Assembly: GCF_001194135.2 (NCBI RefSeq)
Contig: NC_068985.1
Location: forward strand, 54,092,022 to 54,156,021
DNA length: 64,000 nt
Origin: Octopus bimaculoides
Lineage: Eukaryota
Reading direction: 5' to 3'
Below the pieces are notes generated by a model. It ran no database searches. It saw only the letters and a list, made by a program, of their open reading frames with translations, and was not told the DNA's origin. Within the stretch, counting starts at the first letter, position 1; every line of letters begins with the position of its first letter. The position numbers and the translations under genes were made by a program. Of the stretch, positions 24,001 through 38,300 are shown piece after piece.

Positions 24001-27000
24001 GGCACCAGGTGGTTGTATTAAATCAGGTGACGGACTAAATCTACCAAGTTTATCATACAAATAGGATAAGATTTGAACTACCATCCCATGTAGGTTATGA
24101 CAGAATTCAAAACACAAAAAACAAAAACAAATACTGCAAGGCACCCAGTTCCAGCAATCTACCATCTTTGAGCAGTAATTTTTTTTCATTACTGACCTCA
24201 AAAGGGTCGAAAGTGTTGCAGACCTAAATGGGATTTGAACTCAAAGTGTAGAAAGTCTCTGAACAAATTCAACAAAATATTCTGTCCAATGTGCTGACAA
24301 CACAACTAATTTGGCAGTTGGAAATGGATTTATGGTTGTAAAGATAGAGGAAAAGTATGGAGGATTATTTTCTACTTACAGCATTTTGAATTAAAAATGT
24401 GGAATATATTTCGTAAGCCCATTTTCTCAATTCTTTACTACTTCCATTAGCTGATGAGTAAATATCAGATATTATATAGAAAAACTGAAAAACAGAAAAG
24501 AAAAAGAAATTAATTAACACAAAAAACATATAAATATAAAAACATTAGCAATGAATTAACTTTTTTAATAATAGAAGTATGCATCTGTTTGTCTTTTACT
24601 TGTTTCAGTCATAAAGACTGTGGCCATGCTGGGGGACCACATTGAAAAGGTTTTAGTCAAACAAATCGACCCTAGCACCTATGCATTTCTCCCTCTATTG
24701 GTCTCTTTTGTTGAACTGCTAAGTTACGGGGACATAAAGAAACCAATACCAGTTGTCAAAGAGTGGTGAGGAGGCATGACAAGCGCATGCACACACACAC
24801 ACACACACGCACGTGCGCGACAGGCTCCCACACAGTTACTGTCTGACAAATTTACTCACAAGACCTTGGTCAGCCCAGGGCTAAAGTAGAAGATACTTGC
24901 CCAAGGTAACGTGCAGTGAGACTGAACTTGAAACTAGTTGCAATGTGAGATTCTTAACTTCAAAGCCAAACCTGCTTGAATTTCTTATAATGAAAACGTC
25001 AATATATTATGCTTTACCTATCACCACCTACATTCATGTTAGTGTATATTTATAGATCTAGTCATGGCTTTTATACTTGGGCCAACAATAAGATGTAATT
25101 CTTTCCATTTTAATTTATTTTACACTCTGAAAAGAAAGAACAAGCTAAAAGACATGATGAAGGTTTCTGAGCTATTTTGTTTTTGTCTCTTTTATCCTTT
25201 ACACTTCAGTCACATTTTAGTTTCATCATCTCAAACTATGTTTAAAGCAACAATTTTCTAACTCCTATTTTTGGTGATGCAGCTGAGCTTTAAGAATTTT
25301 ATACCTGCAGAAACCAATAGATGAATCATAAGTCAAACAGCAAAGCAGTTGTGATATGCCCTTATTACAAAATACTGCATGACAAAGGATATAGCATGAG
25401 GCCTTTGATCAGCTTGATGCCTTTGACCAGCCTGAAGCCTTTGACCAACCTGAAGCCTTTGACCAGCCTGAAGCCTTTGACCAGCCTGAAGCCTTTGACT
25501 AGCCTCAAGTAAAGCATGTTGATGTTTCTGCAGTTGTGGGACATTCTCAAGAAATTAATCTAATTCTTCTATACCAAAGACTAAGTACTATAGTCAACTA
25601 GCTTTGTTCACTTCTCAAGTTGAGTTGTTCATACGGAGATGTACAAGTCAATGCTGAAGCCAACCAGCTTTGTTCACCCCATAAGTTGAGCAGTTCTGTT
25701 TGATCTCGAATTAAGCAGTGAGGATCACCTTCAACAGATCTGTCAGATTAACACAAATTGACCAGCTCTTCAGAGCTAATCTGGAAGAGCTCTCATAAAA
25801 CAATATTAATTAAACATCATTCACACAATGAATTAACAATCAACATTTGTGATAGGCCAGAATCAAACAACTCATATATCATAAAGAAAACAATCTACCT
25901 GTAATAAACAAGAAAAAGGACATTTCTTTGTGCGTGTATGTTAGTGTAATTGTAGCTTTGATGTGAAGTAAAACAACTCCTTAAAAAATGCTGAGTTACA
26001 AAGACTAGAACATAAATTGATGTCAGCAAATAATTTTAGGTACAACATGACAATCTAACTTACCAGTGCTGAGGGGTCATCATTAGAAATAAGATAGTGC
26101 AGCAATATAGAAAGGTAAGCATTCCGCTTCTCTACTTCTTCAAAATTACCAAATGGCAAACGATTTTCGGCCTGGGAGAGAGGGAGAGAGAGAGATATAT
26201 ATATATATAACGAGCTGGTGTTATTGATTTGTCTTCAGTATAAACATTGCTATAATACAACTACCCAATTATTTAAACACATCAATATATTTTCCAATAG
26301 TGAATGAGAAATAAATGATATAGGAGCAGTGAATAAACATGGACATGTTTGCAAGAGAAAAGTGGGTAAGGGGGATGAAGAGGTGGAGAGGAAATAGAGG
26401 AAGGTGGGAGAGAATGGATGTGTGGATGTGTTGAGGAGACAGTATTGTTGTTATAAATCAGCAGGTCAATACAGCAGAGCTTAATGAAAATAATAAGTAT
26501 GGACATTTATGGCTGAATCTATCAAGTTATGAAAGGTGATTTCCCCCCCCCCTTTTTTTTCTTTAATTCTGCCATTTCATGAAATCAAAAGTATTGATAT
26601 ATTTCTAATGACTGCCTTTGGTGGGAAGAGGAGATAATTTATAGTCAATCTAATAATAAATGTAAAGTGTACCTCATCAGTAGGCACTTCATCATCATCG
26701 TCTTCTTCCATGGTCATTATTGCTGCTGTGCCTCCATCCTAAAAAAGAAATAAATCATGACAATATAAACAAAACAAAGACGAACAAACAATAGACATAA
26801 AAATTATTAAAACTTTGATATGATCATCATTTTGTGTCTTGTTTTCCCAAGCTAGTATGAGTTAGAGAGGCCTTCTCCAGGACTGTGTTGCCACTCATTA
26901 TGGTCCCTTGCCATTATTTTCTTTGTGATATTCAGCATCCAGAGAGCAGCCTTCACCAGCTCTTCCCTGCCATCTTCCTCAGTCATTCTTTTTCACTTTG

Positions 27001-30000
27001 GCTGATTGGCACTTCTTTATTCCAACAACCATCCACCATACACATCACACAATCATAACAGCACAGTTTTTTCACTTACACACTGCACCAGATACTTCCT
27101 ATATATAGTGTTTCTCAGTGTGTGTGTGTGTGTGTGCATGCATGTCATCATCATTTAACATCTGTTGTCCATGCTGGCAAGCTGAGTTGGGGAGAGGCTG
27201 TACCAGACCCCAGTCTGATTTGGCATGGTTTTATTGGCTGGATGCTCTTCCTAATGCCAATCACTTTACAGAGTGTGCTGGGTGCTTCTAAATGGTACCG
27301 CATGGGCACTTTTATGTGGCACTGCATGGGCATTCATTAGTGTCAGTATTAACATGCTGTTTGCTAGCCTATATCTCCCTCATACACATGTACACACATT
27401 GCAAGCCAAAAGTAACAAACTTGAGTTTTCTAAATAAGAAATCTATAAAAGACAAGGTACCTCAGTCCCACATCTGTCAGCATCTGGATTTGAACTGTTC
27501 ATATCAGCCAGGTGAACAGGTGTTGGAGAATTACTGGGACTAGCATGCGGTGAATCCAAAATACCACTCGTGTCAGGTGAACCAACTGTTAAAGATGTGC
27601 GCTGGTAAAACAGGAAATGTAATTGTTCAGAATAATAAAGCAAAACAAGACTAACATATTGCCATTTCAAAGTAGTTATTGAAATTATGGGCTGAGTTAT
27701 GGTAAACCAAGTAAAATATGTTTTCTTTAAACAAACAAAACATTAATGAAAATTTATAACTATTCTGTAGTTGCTGTTTTTTTTTTGTCTAATGAAAACA
27801 AAAATTAATTGAAAGGTTAATTAGTCAGTTTAGGAATTCATAGAATGTAATGTTAATAAATTCCCAATTAGTTTCAGAGTCCTCTCTGAATGCTTAAGAA
27901 ACTGAACCAGAGAGGAACCATGGTGGTGAAACAAAAGAAACAATATTGAGTTGTCATGCTTCTAAGTTAATAAAACAGGAACACAATAGTGTAATCATGA
28001 GTAGAAAAGACATTAAGCATTTATAGAATCATATTCCTTATGGTTGCAATATTGGACAGAAAAAAAAAAGAATGCTAAACCTATTTTTGACATCAAAAAG
28101 AACAGCAACAAATCATTAACCTTTAGAGCAGACCATTTATTTTTCAGCAGATATGGTCATGAAACTAACCATGTATTTAAAGATCTATGTTATTGGAGAG
28201 CTTTTAGTTAAGGACTTCTTTTTAACAATCCTAACTTCCTTATGAAAATTATAAAAATTGTTTGCTTTCTTAAAAAATGCAAAATTCTAATGAATATCAT
28301 TAATTCTTATAGTAATTTTGTAACTAAATACTTGGATATTTACATAAACAGCAGATGGGAATGTTTTTTCTTCTACTGTTTATAATTGACAAATTTGAAA
28401 AGACAACACTAATTTCAAAACCTTAGAAGCTAATTACACCCTCACTTAGAATTTTCTTACTTTATACATAACTGTTACATATAAATTCAAGACATTCCAG
28501 ACTGTAAGAACGTGAAAAATATAAACATTTTAGCTTCAAAATTTAAGGATTTTCAGAATGACAGAAAATAATATTTTTTTCTTTTATTTTTTCTTAGCTA
28601 GAATCATAAAATAATTGAAATAGATTTTAAATTCACAGGTATGACTGAATGGTTCAGAAGATAATTTCCCAGACATGTAATTTTGGGTTGTCCCACTGAA
28701 TAGCACTTTGGGAAGTGTCTTCTTCTGCAGCCTCAGGTTGACCTAAGACTTATGAATGGATTTGGTACATGGAGACTGAAAAAGAAGCAGTTTTGTGTTC
28801 ATGTGTATACATATATATTATACTAGCAGAAATACCTGGCGTTGCCCGGGTTAAAGAGAATAATGAAATCTAAAAACGCCGTCTAGACTACGCATCATCT
28901 TTATATATAGAGATGTATATACACACACGCACCCAAACACACGTATATATATGTATATCAATATAAATATATGAAAGTCAATGAAGTTTCGTAAAAGAAG
29001 GTGATCATGTACATACTTTCTTGCTGTTGTGATTATAACACCTCATTGTAAACTATGTTCCTTGTTTTCCCTTGTGGAGCATATACAAATAGGTTTTTTG
29101 TTGCTGCCCACTCTTGAGCAGCCAACATACAGTTGTCCATGTGAGAAGCAGGGCTCTTCCAAGNNNNNNNNNNNNNNNNNNNNNNNNNNNNNNNNNNNNN
29201 NNNNNNNNNNNNNNNNNNNNNNNNNNNNNNNNNNNNNNNNNNNNNNNNNNNNNNNNNNNNNNNNNNNNNNNNNNNNNNNNNNNNNNNNNNNNNNNNNNNN
29301 NNNNNNNNNNNNNNNNNNNNNNNNNNNNNNNNNNNNNNNNNNNNNNNNNNNNNNNNNNNNNNNNNNNNNNNNNNNNNNNNNNNNNNNNNNNNNNNNNNNN
29401 NNNNNNNNNNNNNNNNNNNNNNNNNNNNNNNNNNNNNNNNNNNNNNNNNNNNNNNNNNNNNNNNNNNNNNNNNNNNNNNNNNNNNNNNNNNNNNNNNNNN
29501 NNNNNNNNNNNNNNNNNNNNNNNNNNNNNNNNNNNNNNNNNNNNNNNNNNNNNNNNNNNNNNNNNNNNNNNNNNNNNNNNNNNNNNNNNNNNNNNNNNNN
29601 NNNNNNNNNNNNNNNNNNNNNNNNNNNNNNNNNNNNNNNNNNNNNNNNNNNNNNNNNNNNNNNNNNNNNNNNNNNNNNNNNNNNNNNNNNNNNNNNNNNN
29701 NNNNNNNNNNNNNNNNNNNNNNNNNNNNNNNNNNNNNNNNNNNNNNNNNNNNNNNNNNNNNNNNNNNNNNNNNNNNNNNNNNNNNNNNNNNNNNNNNNNN
29801 NNNNNNNNNNNNNNNNNNNNNNNNNNNNNNNNNNNNNNNNNNNNNNNNNNNNNNNNNNNNNNNNNNNNNNNNNNNNNNNNNNNNNNNNNNNNNNNNNNNN
29901 NNNNNNNNNNNNNNNNNNNNNNNNNNNNNNNNNNNNNNNNNNNNNNNNNNNNNNNNNNNNNNNNNNNNNNNNNNNNNNNNNNNNNNNNNNNNNNNNNNNN

Positions 30001-30753
30001 NNNNNNNNNNNNNNNNNNNNNNNNNNNNNNNNNNNNNNNNNNNNNNNNNNNNNNNNNNNNNNNNNNNNNNTCTCTCTCTGTGAAAGTATCTGTCACTACA
30101 GTATCGAAATGTGATTGTTTCAGTTAGTGGAATAGTTTCATTTTTAAAGTGAAAGTATTTGACATGAGTGTTTTTGTTTCACTTTTGACACGTAATACTT
30201 AAATAGTGGAGGAGATATTATGTTGCCGTGTGCTCGAACTCTGCAAGAAGTTAATAATTTTTTTTTACTAAAACACAACTGGAACCCTAAGTAAGGCATG
30301 TGTAAAAATTTGAATGAAATTGGTTGCGTAGTTCTCGAGTTTTAGGGATTCACACAGACAGACAGACAGACACACATTCTCATTTTTATATATATAGATG
30401 TATATGTGTTTGTGTGCATATGTATATATGCATGTATTTGAACACTTAAAGGTTAGCAACAGTAAAGTTATCTAACTGTAAAACAAAGCTTTAACGTATT
30501 AATTTAACCTATGCTAGCATGGAAAATCAGATATAAAAATAAACAAATCTATTATTATTATTATTAAGGCAAGAACAGATGTTTATTGATGAAATATATA
30601 GAAACTGCCCCCCCCCCTTAAAACATGATACTTCAAACTAATACTACAAAAAACAAATGGAAAAACTACTTTTTCTAGAGCATTTGTGAGACAGGATCTT
30701 ATGTTAGTGTGTGTGTGTGTGTGTGTGTGTGTTTGTGTGTATGTATGTATGTC

Positions 30754-30798
<45 letters not shown>

Positions 30799-33700
30799 CC
30801 ACATGCACTCTCACAACTGTATAATGTTATGTTTATAAAATGATATGTTACAGAAAAAAGTAGTAGGCATTTCCATGAAGGTTATGAATCATTAAAGATT
30901 ATATAAAAGGTTATTGTTAAGATAAGTGGGATTAAGGTGATAGTTAAGAGAATTTTTTTTTTCATTATCATCATTATCTACTTTCTGTATCATTATTTTC
31001 TATTTGTTATCCCGACCCTCACCATTTCTTAATGTCTATTTTCAATTCTTGAATAGGTCAGACAAAATTCACTAAGGCAGATTTTCAATGGCCATATACT
31101 CTCCTTGTCATCAACTTATGCATGTTTCCAAGCAACATAATACTTTCCCCTAGTCTGTATGTTTTCACAGAAGGATACAATTAAACAAGCCCACTTGTAT
31201 GCAGGTGTTTCATATTTACAGAGGACGGCGAGCTGGCAGAAACGTTAGCACACTGTGCAAAATGCTTAGTGTTATTTCACCTGCCATTACTGAGGTTGAC
31301 TCTGCCTTTCATCCTTTTGGGGTTGATTAAATGAGTACCAATTACGCTGTGGGGTCGATGTAATTGACTTTATCCCTTTGTCTGTCCTTGTTTGTCTCCT
31401 CTATACTTATCCCCCACTGGGCAATAAAGAAATAAATTAGCAATGGGGTATCAAAATAAAGAGACACACAGACATACACACAAACAACAGGCTTCTTTTC
31501 AGTTTCCACTCTCAAATTCACTCACAAGGCTTTGGTCAGCCTGGGAATATAGAAGACACTTGCCGAAAATGTCATGCAATAGGACTGAACCTGAAACTAG
31601 AAAATTGTGAAGCAAACAATTCATACTTAGTATTTTAGATAAATTTTTGATTTTTATATATTTTCTTATTAAAATTTAGATTGCTGAAATTTTTCTCGCA
31701 AATTTCCTTTAGTTTTAGGAACAATTAACCCTTTAGCATTCAGGTTATTCTGTCAAATGCAATGGTTATTTATTACCTTCACCTTAGCAAAGGCAGAGGT
31801 ATTGTTTTCAGTCATGTTTGTTTATTTATTCATTTGTCTGTAGACAAGATATCTCAAGAACCGCTGGATGGATTTGGATGAAACTTTCAGAGATGTTTGG
31901 CCTTGTGACTGGCATGAACCGATTAGATTTTGGGATCGATCCAGTACCGGACAAGGATTCTGGATTATTTTTCTGTTTTTTTCTTTTAATTTAATTTTTG
32001 AGAGTGGCTGAGTTCATTGTTAGTATTCTCATTGTAAAAATAATCTCTGGCTAATCTTTGAGAGGACATTGGTGTTGCCTTGGTGGAAGTTTGCACTCTC
32101 TGAGTGCTCTTGTTCACATTGTTCTGAAGTTATTGTGCATTATCTTGTAGCTTCAAGATTTCAATGATGTGATTGTTTATTTTTACAATGATATTGAAGG
32201 GTAGGTGAGAGAGCCTGAATGTGGCCAGTTTGAACATAAAACAGGTAGAATATTTTGACTGGATATGGCCGTTTTAAATGCTAAAGGGTTGTTGTTAGAT
32301 ATAAAAACTGTCTTGCTGTCTTGAATTTCTATGCTTACAATCTCATCTCTACTTCTATCTAAATGGTACAGCTCTCATTTCAAAAATATTTTTTCCTTCT
32401 CAAAAGAGAAAAATAACAAAGAAATACAAAAAGAAGAAAGAAAAATGAAAAGGGTTGAAAGTAAGTGAGTAGGTAAAGAGAAGTGGATACAATGAATGAT
32501 TTAAAACTGGAGAACAACAAAGAAAAAAAAAAAGAAACAAAAGCAAACATGCACAAGCAAGCAGATAAAACATATATAAAGGTAGGCGATATTTGGAGAA
32601 ATTAAAACAGATAAGAGTCAATAGGTAGATATATAGAGAGATATATAAATAGGCAAAGGGGTTTAAAAGATGAAAACACAACTGTTTTGGTTACATACAA
32701 AATGCAAATAAATCTGACCCAATAAATCTGTGGTTTACCACACAAATATAGTGATTTAAAAGTTTTGATGCTTTTATAACCATTCTGTATATAAATTTAA
32801 GATGGAAAAAAAAAACTAAATTAAATAAAAAAAAATATATAAAGAGAGGGTTGAGCTTCACTGATCTGCAAACAGATCAATGATACCAAAGATGACCTGG
32901 AAGAATTTAGATATAATGTTCAAGAGATCGATATTCCCCCCTCCCCCGCAATATATTTTGAAATAGAAAGGAAAGGGGAAAAGTAAATAAGACAATCCTT
33001 TATGATCTCAAGTCTCTAACTTGATCCAACAGGTTGTTTAAAAAGCATCTTGTTGATGGGTGGTAAAGTAAGACATTCTTAATTTGTCAAACTAAGTCTC
33101 CACAACACTAATATCAAGAAGTCTTCTTGTGAACGTGACCTGGGCATTACTGTCAACCGGAATTTGTGCTGGACAAAGCACATCTCTAAAACTTCAAGAA
33201 AGCTGAGGGTGTCTTGGCATCACTCAGCAAGACCTTTGTCAGCCACTCTCCAGCTATCTATTTAAGGCTGTATATGGCTATGGTGTGGCCACACTTGGAA
33301 TTTGCATGACCAGTCTGGAACCCCTATCTTGCTCAGGACAATGACCTCCAGACTTAGTAAACACCCACAAAATTATCAACCACCGTACTAACAACCACCT
33401 TCAGCACCTTTTTGAACTCCACACATAGGCATGCCTACAAAGTCAGAAAACAGCACCGTTCCCATGACTTTCGGAAACATTTTTTCACACTCAGAGTTGC
33501 TGAAACATGGAACAAAGTACCTGCATCAGTTGTTAGTTGCCGAGACACTGCATCCTTTAAAACCCCCATACTTCCTGAAATTTGCCAAGACTACACCAGA
33601 TATCCCCACCTCCATATGCATGCACGCATGTGCATCATGACTCATACACTGTTCACTTTCCTGACTTTTCTACATAATTCTATGTACTATACATGCATCT

Positions 33701-33989
33701 TTGATGAGTTATAGTGCACTTGAGCACTGTATACAATAATTTCGTTATTATTATTATAGGATGGAGAAGGACAATGCCAATTTGAAGTCGGACCACTGGG
33801 ACACTGAGCTACTAATTACAGTCAATTAGAAAGTCACCACCTGACAGTGATGGTCACGGGTTTTCCCTAACAACAATTGTGACATTGGAATTATAGTTTG
33901 AACTTTGAATTAATACTAGATCATAGAATAAGTTTAATTACAACAAAACTACTGCAACAACAACAATAGCAATAATAATAAAAGCAATA

Positions 33990-34044
<55 letters not shown>

Positions 34045-35318
34045 TGATGATGATAATAATAATAATAAATGCCCTGATGCAGTATCAGGCAGTGGCTCTC
34101 AAGGCTTCTGATCTTAACTGATTGGAAGTGTTATCATGTACATTGTTTTGTCTTGGTATAAAAGATGGGCTACAGCAAATATTCTGCTTAATACCACATA
34201 CCACAGATTTACTTGCCAGTTGCTTGACCGTAACCAGCTGAGTATGTCCCTTAGTGGCTGATGATATGTGCATCTCTTATCATGAGCAGAAGTAGTAGGG
34301 GAGCATCATAGCCATGTGTTGAGAGGAATTTTGGGGGGCTCGGATAATTCACCTTTGGAAACAGGAGTGTTTTGTTCAACATCCTTAACCCTTATTCAGG
34401 GACCTTTTAAGCGGGATGGGCTACTCGACCTGAAGAAAATTCTAACTGGAGCCCCATCTGCAAGGTCATGCGTTGTTTATCTTGATATGAGATCACCATG
34501 TCACGCACATATAGTTGTGATGCATGTGCCTGGTGTACCCTTATCAGACAAGTAGTCATGATGGATATATTCAGTTCATATATTTGTACCCCAGGGTCAT
34601 TTTGATGGCATGCACTGCTCTCTCACTCAATAATAATCCTTTCTACTATAGACACAAGGCCTGAAATTTTGAGGGGAAGGGTTAATCGATATCAACCGCA
34701 ATAAAACTTATTTTATCAACCCTGAAAAGATGAAAGACATAGTCAACTTCATCAACATTTGAACTCAGAGTGTGAAGAGCCAGAAAAAATGCTGCTAAGC
34801 ATTTTGTTGGAACAATAATGATTCTGCCAACTGATTGCCTTAATAATAACAACACCAATGATTCTTTTCACAATAGGCACAAGGCCCAAAATTTAGATGG
34901 TGGTAGTGGTGGTGGGGTTAGTCAATTACATTGACCCCCAAGGCTCAACTGGTACTTATTATATTGACTCCAAAAGGATGAAAGGTAAAGTCAGCTTCAG
35001 TGGTATTTGAAACCAGAACGCAAAGGCAAATGAAATGCTATTAAGCATCTTATCCCGCGTGCTAATGCTTCTGCCAGTTCAGTGCCTAATTATAACAAAA
35101 ATGGTTTCAAATTTTCGCTACAAGACCTGAAATTTGGGAAGAGTGGGGCTAGTCAATTACATCAACCACCCCAATACTCAACAGGTACTTATTATATTGA
35201 CTCCAAGAAGGATGAAAGGCAAAGTCAACCTTGGCAGAATTTGAACTCAGAATGTAAAAGCCAGAAGTGCCAATAAGCATTTTGTCCAGTGCAGTGACAA
35301 TTCTGCCAGCTCAATGCC

Positions 35319-35351
<33 letters not shown>

Positions 35352-38300
35352 GGAATGGTAACAGTAGTAGTAGTAGCAGCAGCAGCAATAATAATTTCTA
35401 ACATAGGCACAAGGCCATAACAGTAGTAAGAGCAATAACAATAGTGAATAGGATGACTAGGCAAAATGCCAGTTATATAAGTGGAGTATAGTAGATTGGA
35501 TCAACCTTAGAGTTGTAGTGGAATGTTGAATAACAACAACAAAACAGAAAATGAAGTTTAATTGGAAGCTATTAAATATTAGATATGGAGATGTTTGCAA
35601 CAATTCCATTGTTCCAACATAACTGATACTGCTGATCATGGTGGTGGTGATGGTGATAGTGATGGTAGGGAAGTGATGTTGATGATGATAATGATGATAA
35701 TAGTGGTGGTAGTGGTAATGGTTGTGGTGACAGCAATGATGATGACAATGATAGTGTTGGAGGCAGTCATGATTTTGATGATGGTAAAGTATTTGTGGGC
35801 AGATTAAAAATGGTATGGAACAGGGGAATAGGAACAAAACATTCCCAATCTCTCTGTATTTCTGCTCAATGTCTGTAAGATAATGCCAACATTTTCAAGA
35901 AAGGAAGACAGAAAGCTGTTAAAACTCTATTATACTACTGACTGGTCTAACTGAGAAACAAGCAAGTCGACAGATAAAACATCTGCAACAAATCCAATGG
36001 AGGGAGGATAACAACATCCTGAAGTTTAAAAAAAAAAAAAAAAAAAAAAATAAGAGGAAATAGGAAAGTTCTAGAGAAAGAAACTAAAATAAAGGAGAGG
36101 CAAAACCTAGTCAAGGAAGAAGGAAAACAATGTGATATAAACTAAAAAGAGAGAGTGAGAACACTGTTGACAGAATGTTAGTAATTCTGAAGGAATTACT
36201 AAAGTGAACCCAATGCAGAACTAAGAAGTTACTCAATCCTTTTGATACCAATCTGCCTGAAACCACACTGAGTTCTTTGATATAAACTCCCTGTTATATT
36301 GTGATCTAAATTAGAACCTTCCATCAAAAGTTTATGTTCCAAAAAAAAAAAAAAAANNNNNNNNNNAAAAAAAAAAAAAAGCATTTTAACAATGACAAAA
36401 TTATTTAAATAAATTCTTAATTATTTTCAAAATTAATTGAAATAAAAAACTGTATTTCACCAGAAATATGGTAACAAAAGGGTAAAGTTATCGAAATTAA
36501 AACCTACCAAAATTTTATGGTAATTTGTTTCAAAAAACCAGTTTTAAAATGACAAAATTATTTAAATAAATTCTTAATTATTTTCGAAATTAATTGGAAT
36601 AAAAGGCAGTGTATTTCAACAGAAATATAACAAAAGGGTTCAAGTAAAATTGATTTAATGACCTTCAACAGTGTTGAGCGGATTAAATAACACTAATAGA
36701 TAATATGGAAGTTGTTATTTATGCTACATGCATTCCTGCAAGCTCTTTTTGCATCCCAAATTACAACCAGCCTTCTGGCATCTTGCCAAATGAGTCTAGC
36801 AACTTCACAGGATTTTCATACCTGCTACTCCTTAATCAAGACAGCTTTAGAAGTAACATTCCCACTGATAAAACCAATACATTTGAGGCTTGCTTTTGCT
36901 TCAAACTCCACACTGCAGACACAACTCCCATTTCCCCAACTTCTTCATTCCACCAATGCCACTACCATCTAATTGTAAAGCTACAAAAAGTGGGAACATC
37001 TCATTTTCCTGCAACCCAACACTATGATTTGACCAGCTGGTATCAGTTCGATAACACTCGACAATATATTTCTGAGCTAGCTCCTATTATCACCAAACTC
37101 TTCAATCTTTATCTTCAAAGGATATATCCCTATCACACTGATGGTAGATCTCAGTTGCTCAGTAAATTGAATTACTTGCTTCTGAATTCACATATAAGTG
37201 GCTGGGTATTCATTCCACAGGCACATGTACCCTTAATGTAATTTTCCAGAAAGATCAGCATGACACAATGTGTCACAATGCAGTACCTTTTGAATTACAA
37301 GCACAGTTCATTCAAGAGGGGTTTTATGCAATTTCCATGAATTCTACTTTAATTGTCTAAGATGCCTCACACTCAAATACCAGCTTGATAGGGTAAAGAC
37401 CGCTTTTGGTCATGAATGACCATGGGATTGCACCTAGAAAATTCCCCTCCAAGACACAAGTCTGAGCAAGTGTGTTTACGGAAGACCATCCATTGCCCAT
37501 ACATACCAGCCTCCCCTCTCCATGACACTGATGTTATCCAAGAGAAAGGCAAAGGCTGATACAGCTTGGCATCAGTGACATTGCAACTCATGTACAGCTG
37601 AATGAACTGGAGCAATGTGAAGTAAAGTATTTTGCTCAAGAACACAACACACAGCTGGGGAATCGAACTCACTACCTCATGATTGTGAACCCAGTACTCT
37701 AACCACTGGGCCAAAATTTTTATTTTTATCTTTTATTGTTTACTTGTTTCAGTCATTGAACTGTGACCATGTTGGGGGTACTACCTTGAAAAGTTTTAGT
37801 CAAACAAATTGACCCCCCAGAGCTTTTTTTTTTAAAGCCTGGTACTTATTCTATCAGTTTCTTTTGCTGAACTGCCAAGTTATGGGACATCAGCAAACCA
37901 ACATCAGTTGTCAAGCAACAGTGAAAGACAATCATAAATACACATACACATATGTACATACATGATAGGCTTCTTTCTGTTTCCATCAACAAAATCCACT
38001 AACAAGGTTTTGGTTGTCCCAAAGCTATAGTAGAAAAGATGCCTCACAGTGGGACTGAATCCAGAACCCTGTGGTTGGGAAGCAAACTTCTTATCACACA
38101 GTCATACCTGCACCTATAAAACGATGAACAGCCTTAATTGGTCTTTTGGACCTTATTGGATTCTCACCAGAAGTGTCTATATCATACAGAAATATGGTAA
38201 GAAAAGGATTAAAAGCAGTGGGTTATAGACAACAACTTTGGTCACTGGAGAACAAATTACAACCAATGAAGGTCATTAATTAACACTGACAGTGAATTGA

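Noticed and set aside
25398-25505. Tandem repeat as a CRISPR-like array
   Set aside because: Units are contiguous with no spacers; eukaryotic intronic minisatellite.
36385-36645. Two consecutive copies of a MITE right end
   Set aside because: Adjacent to an N gap within poly-A, so a possible assembly artefact or ordinary adjacent insertions.
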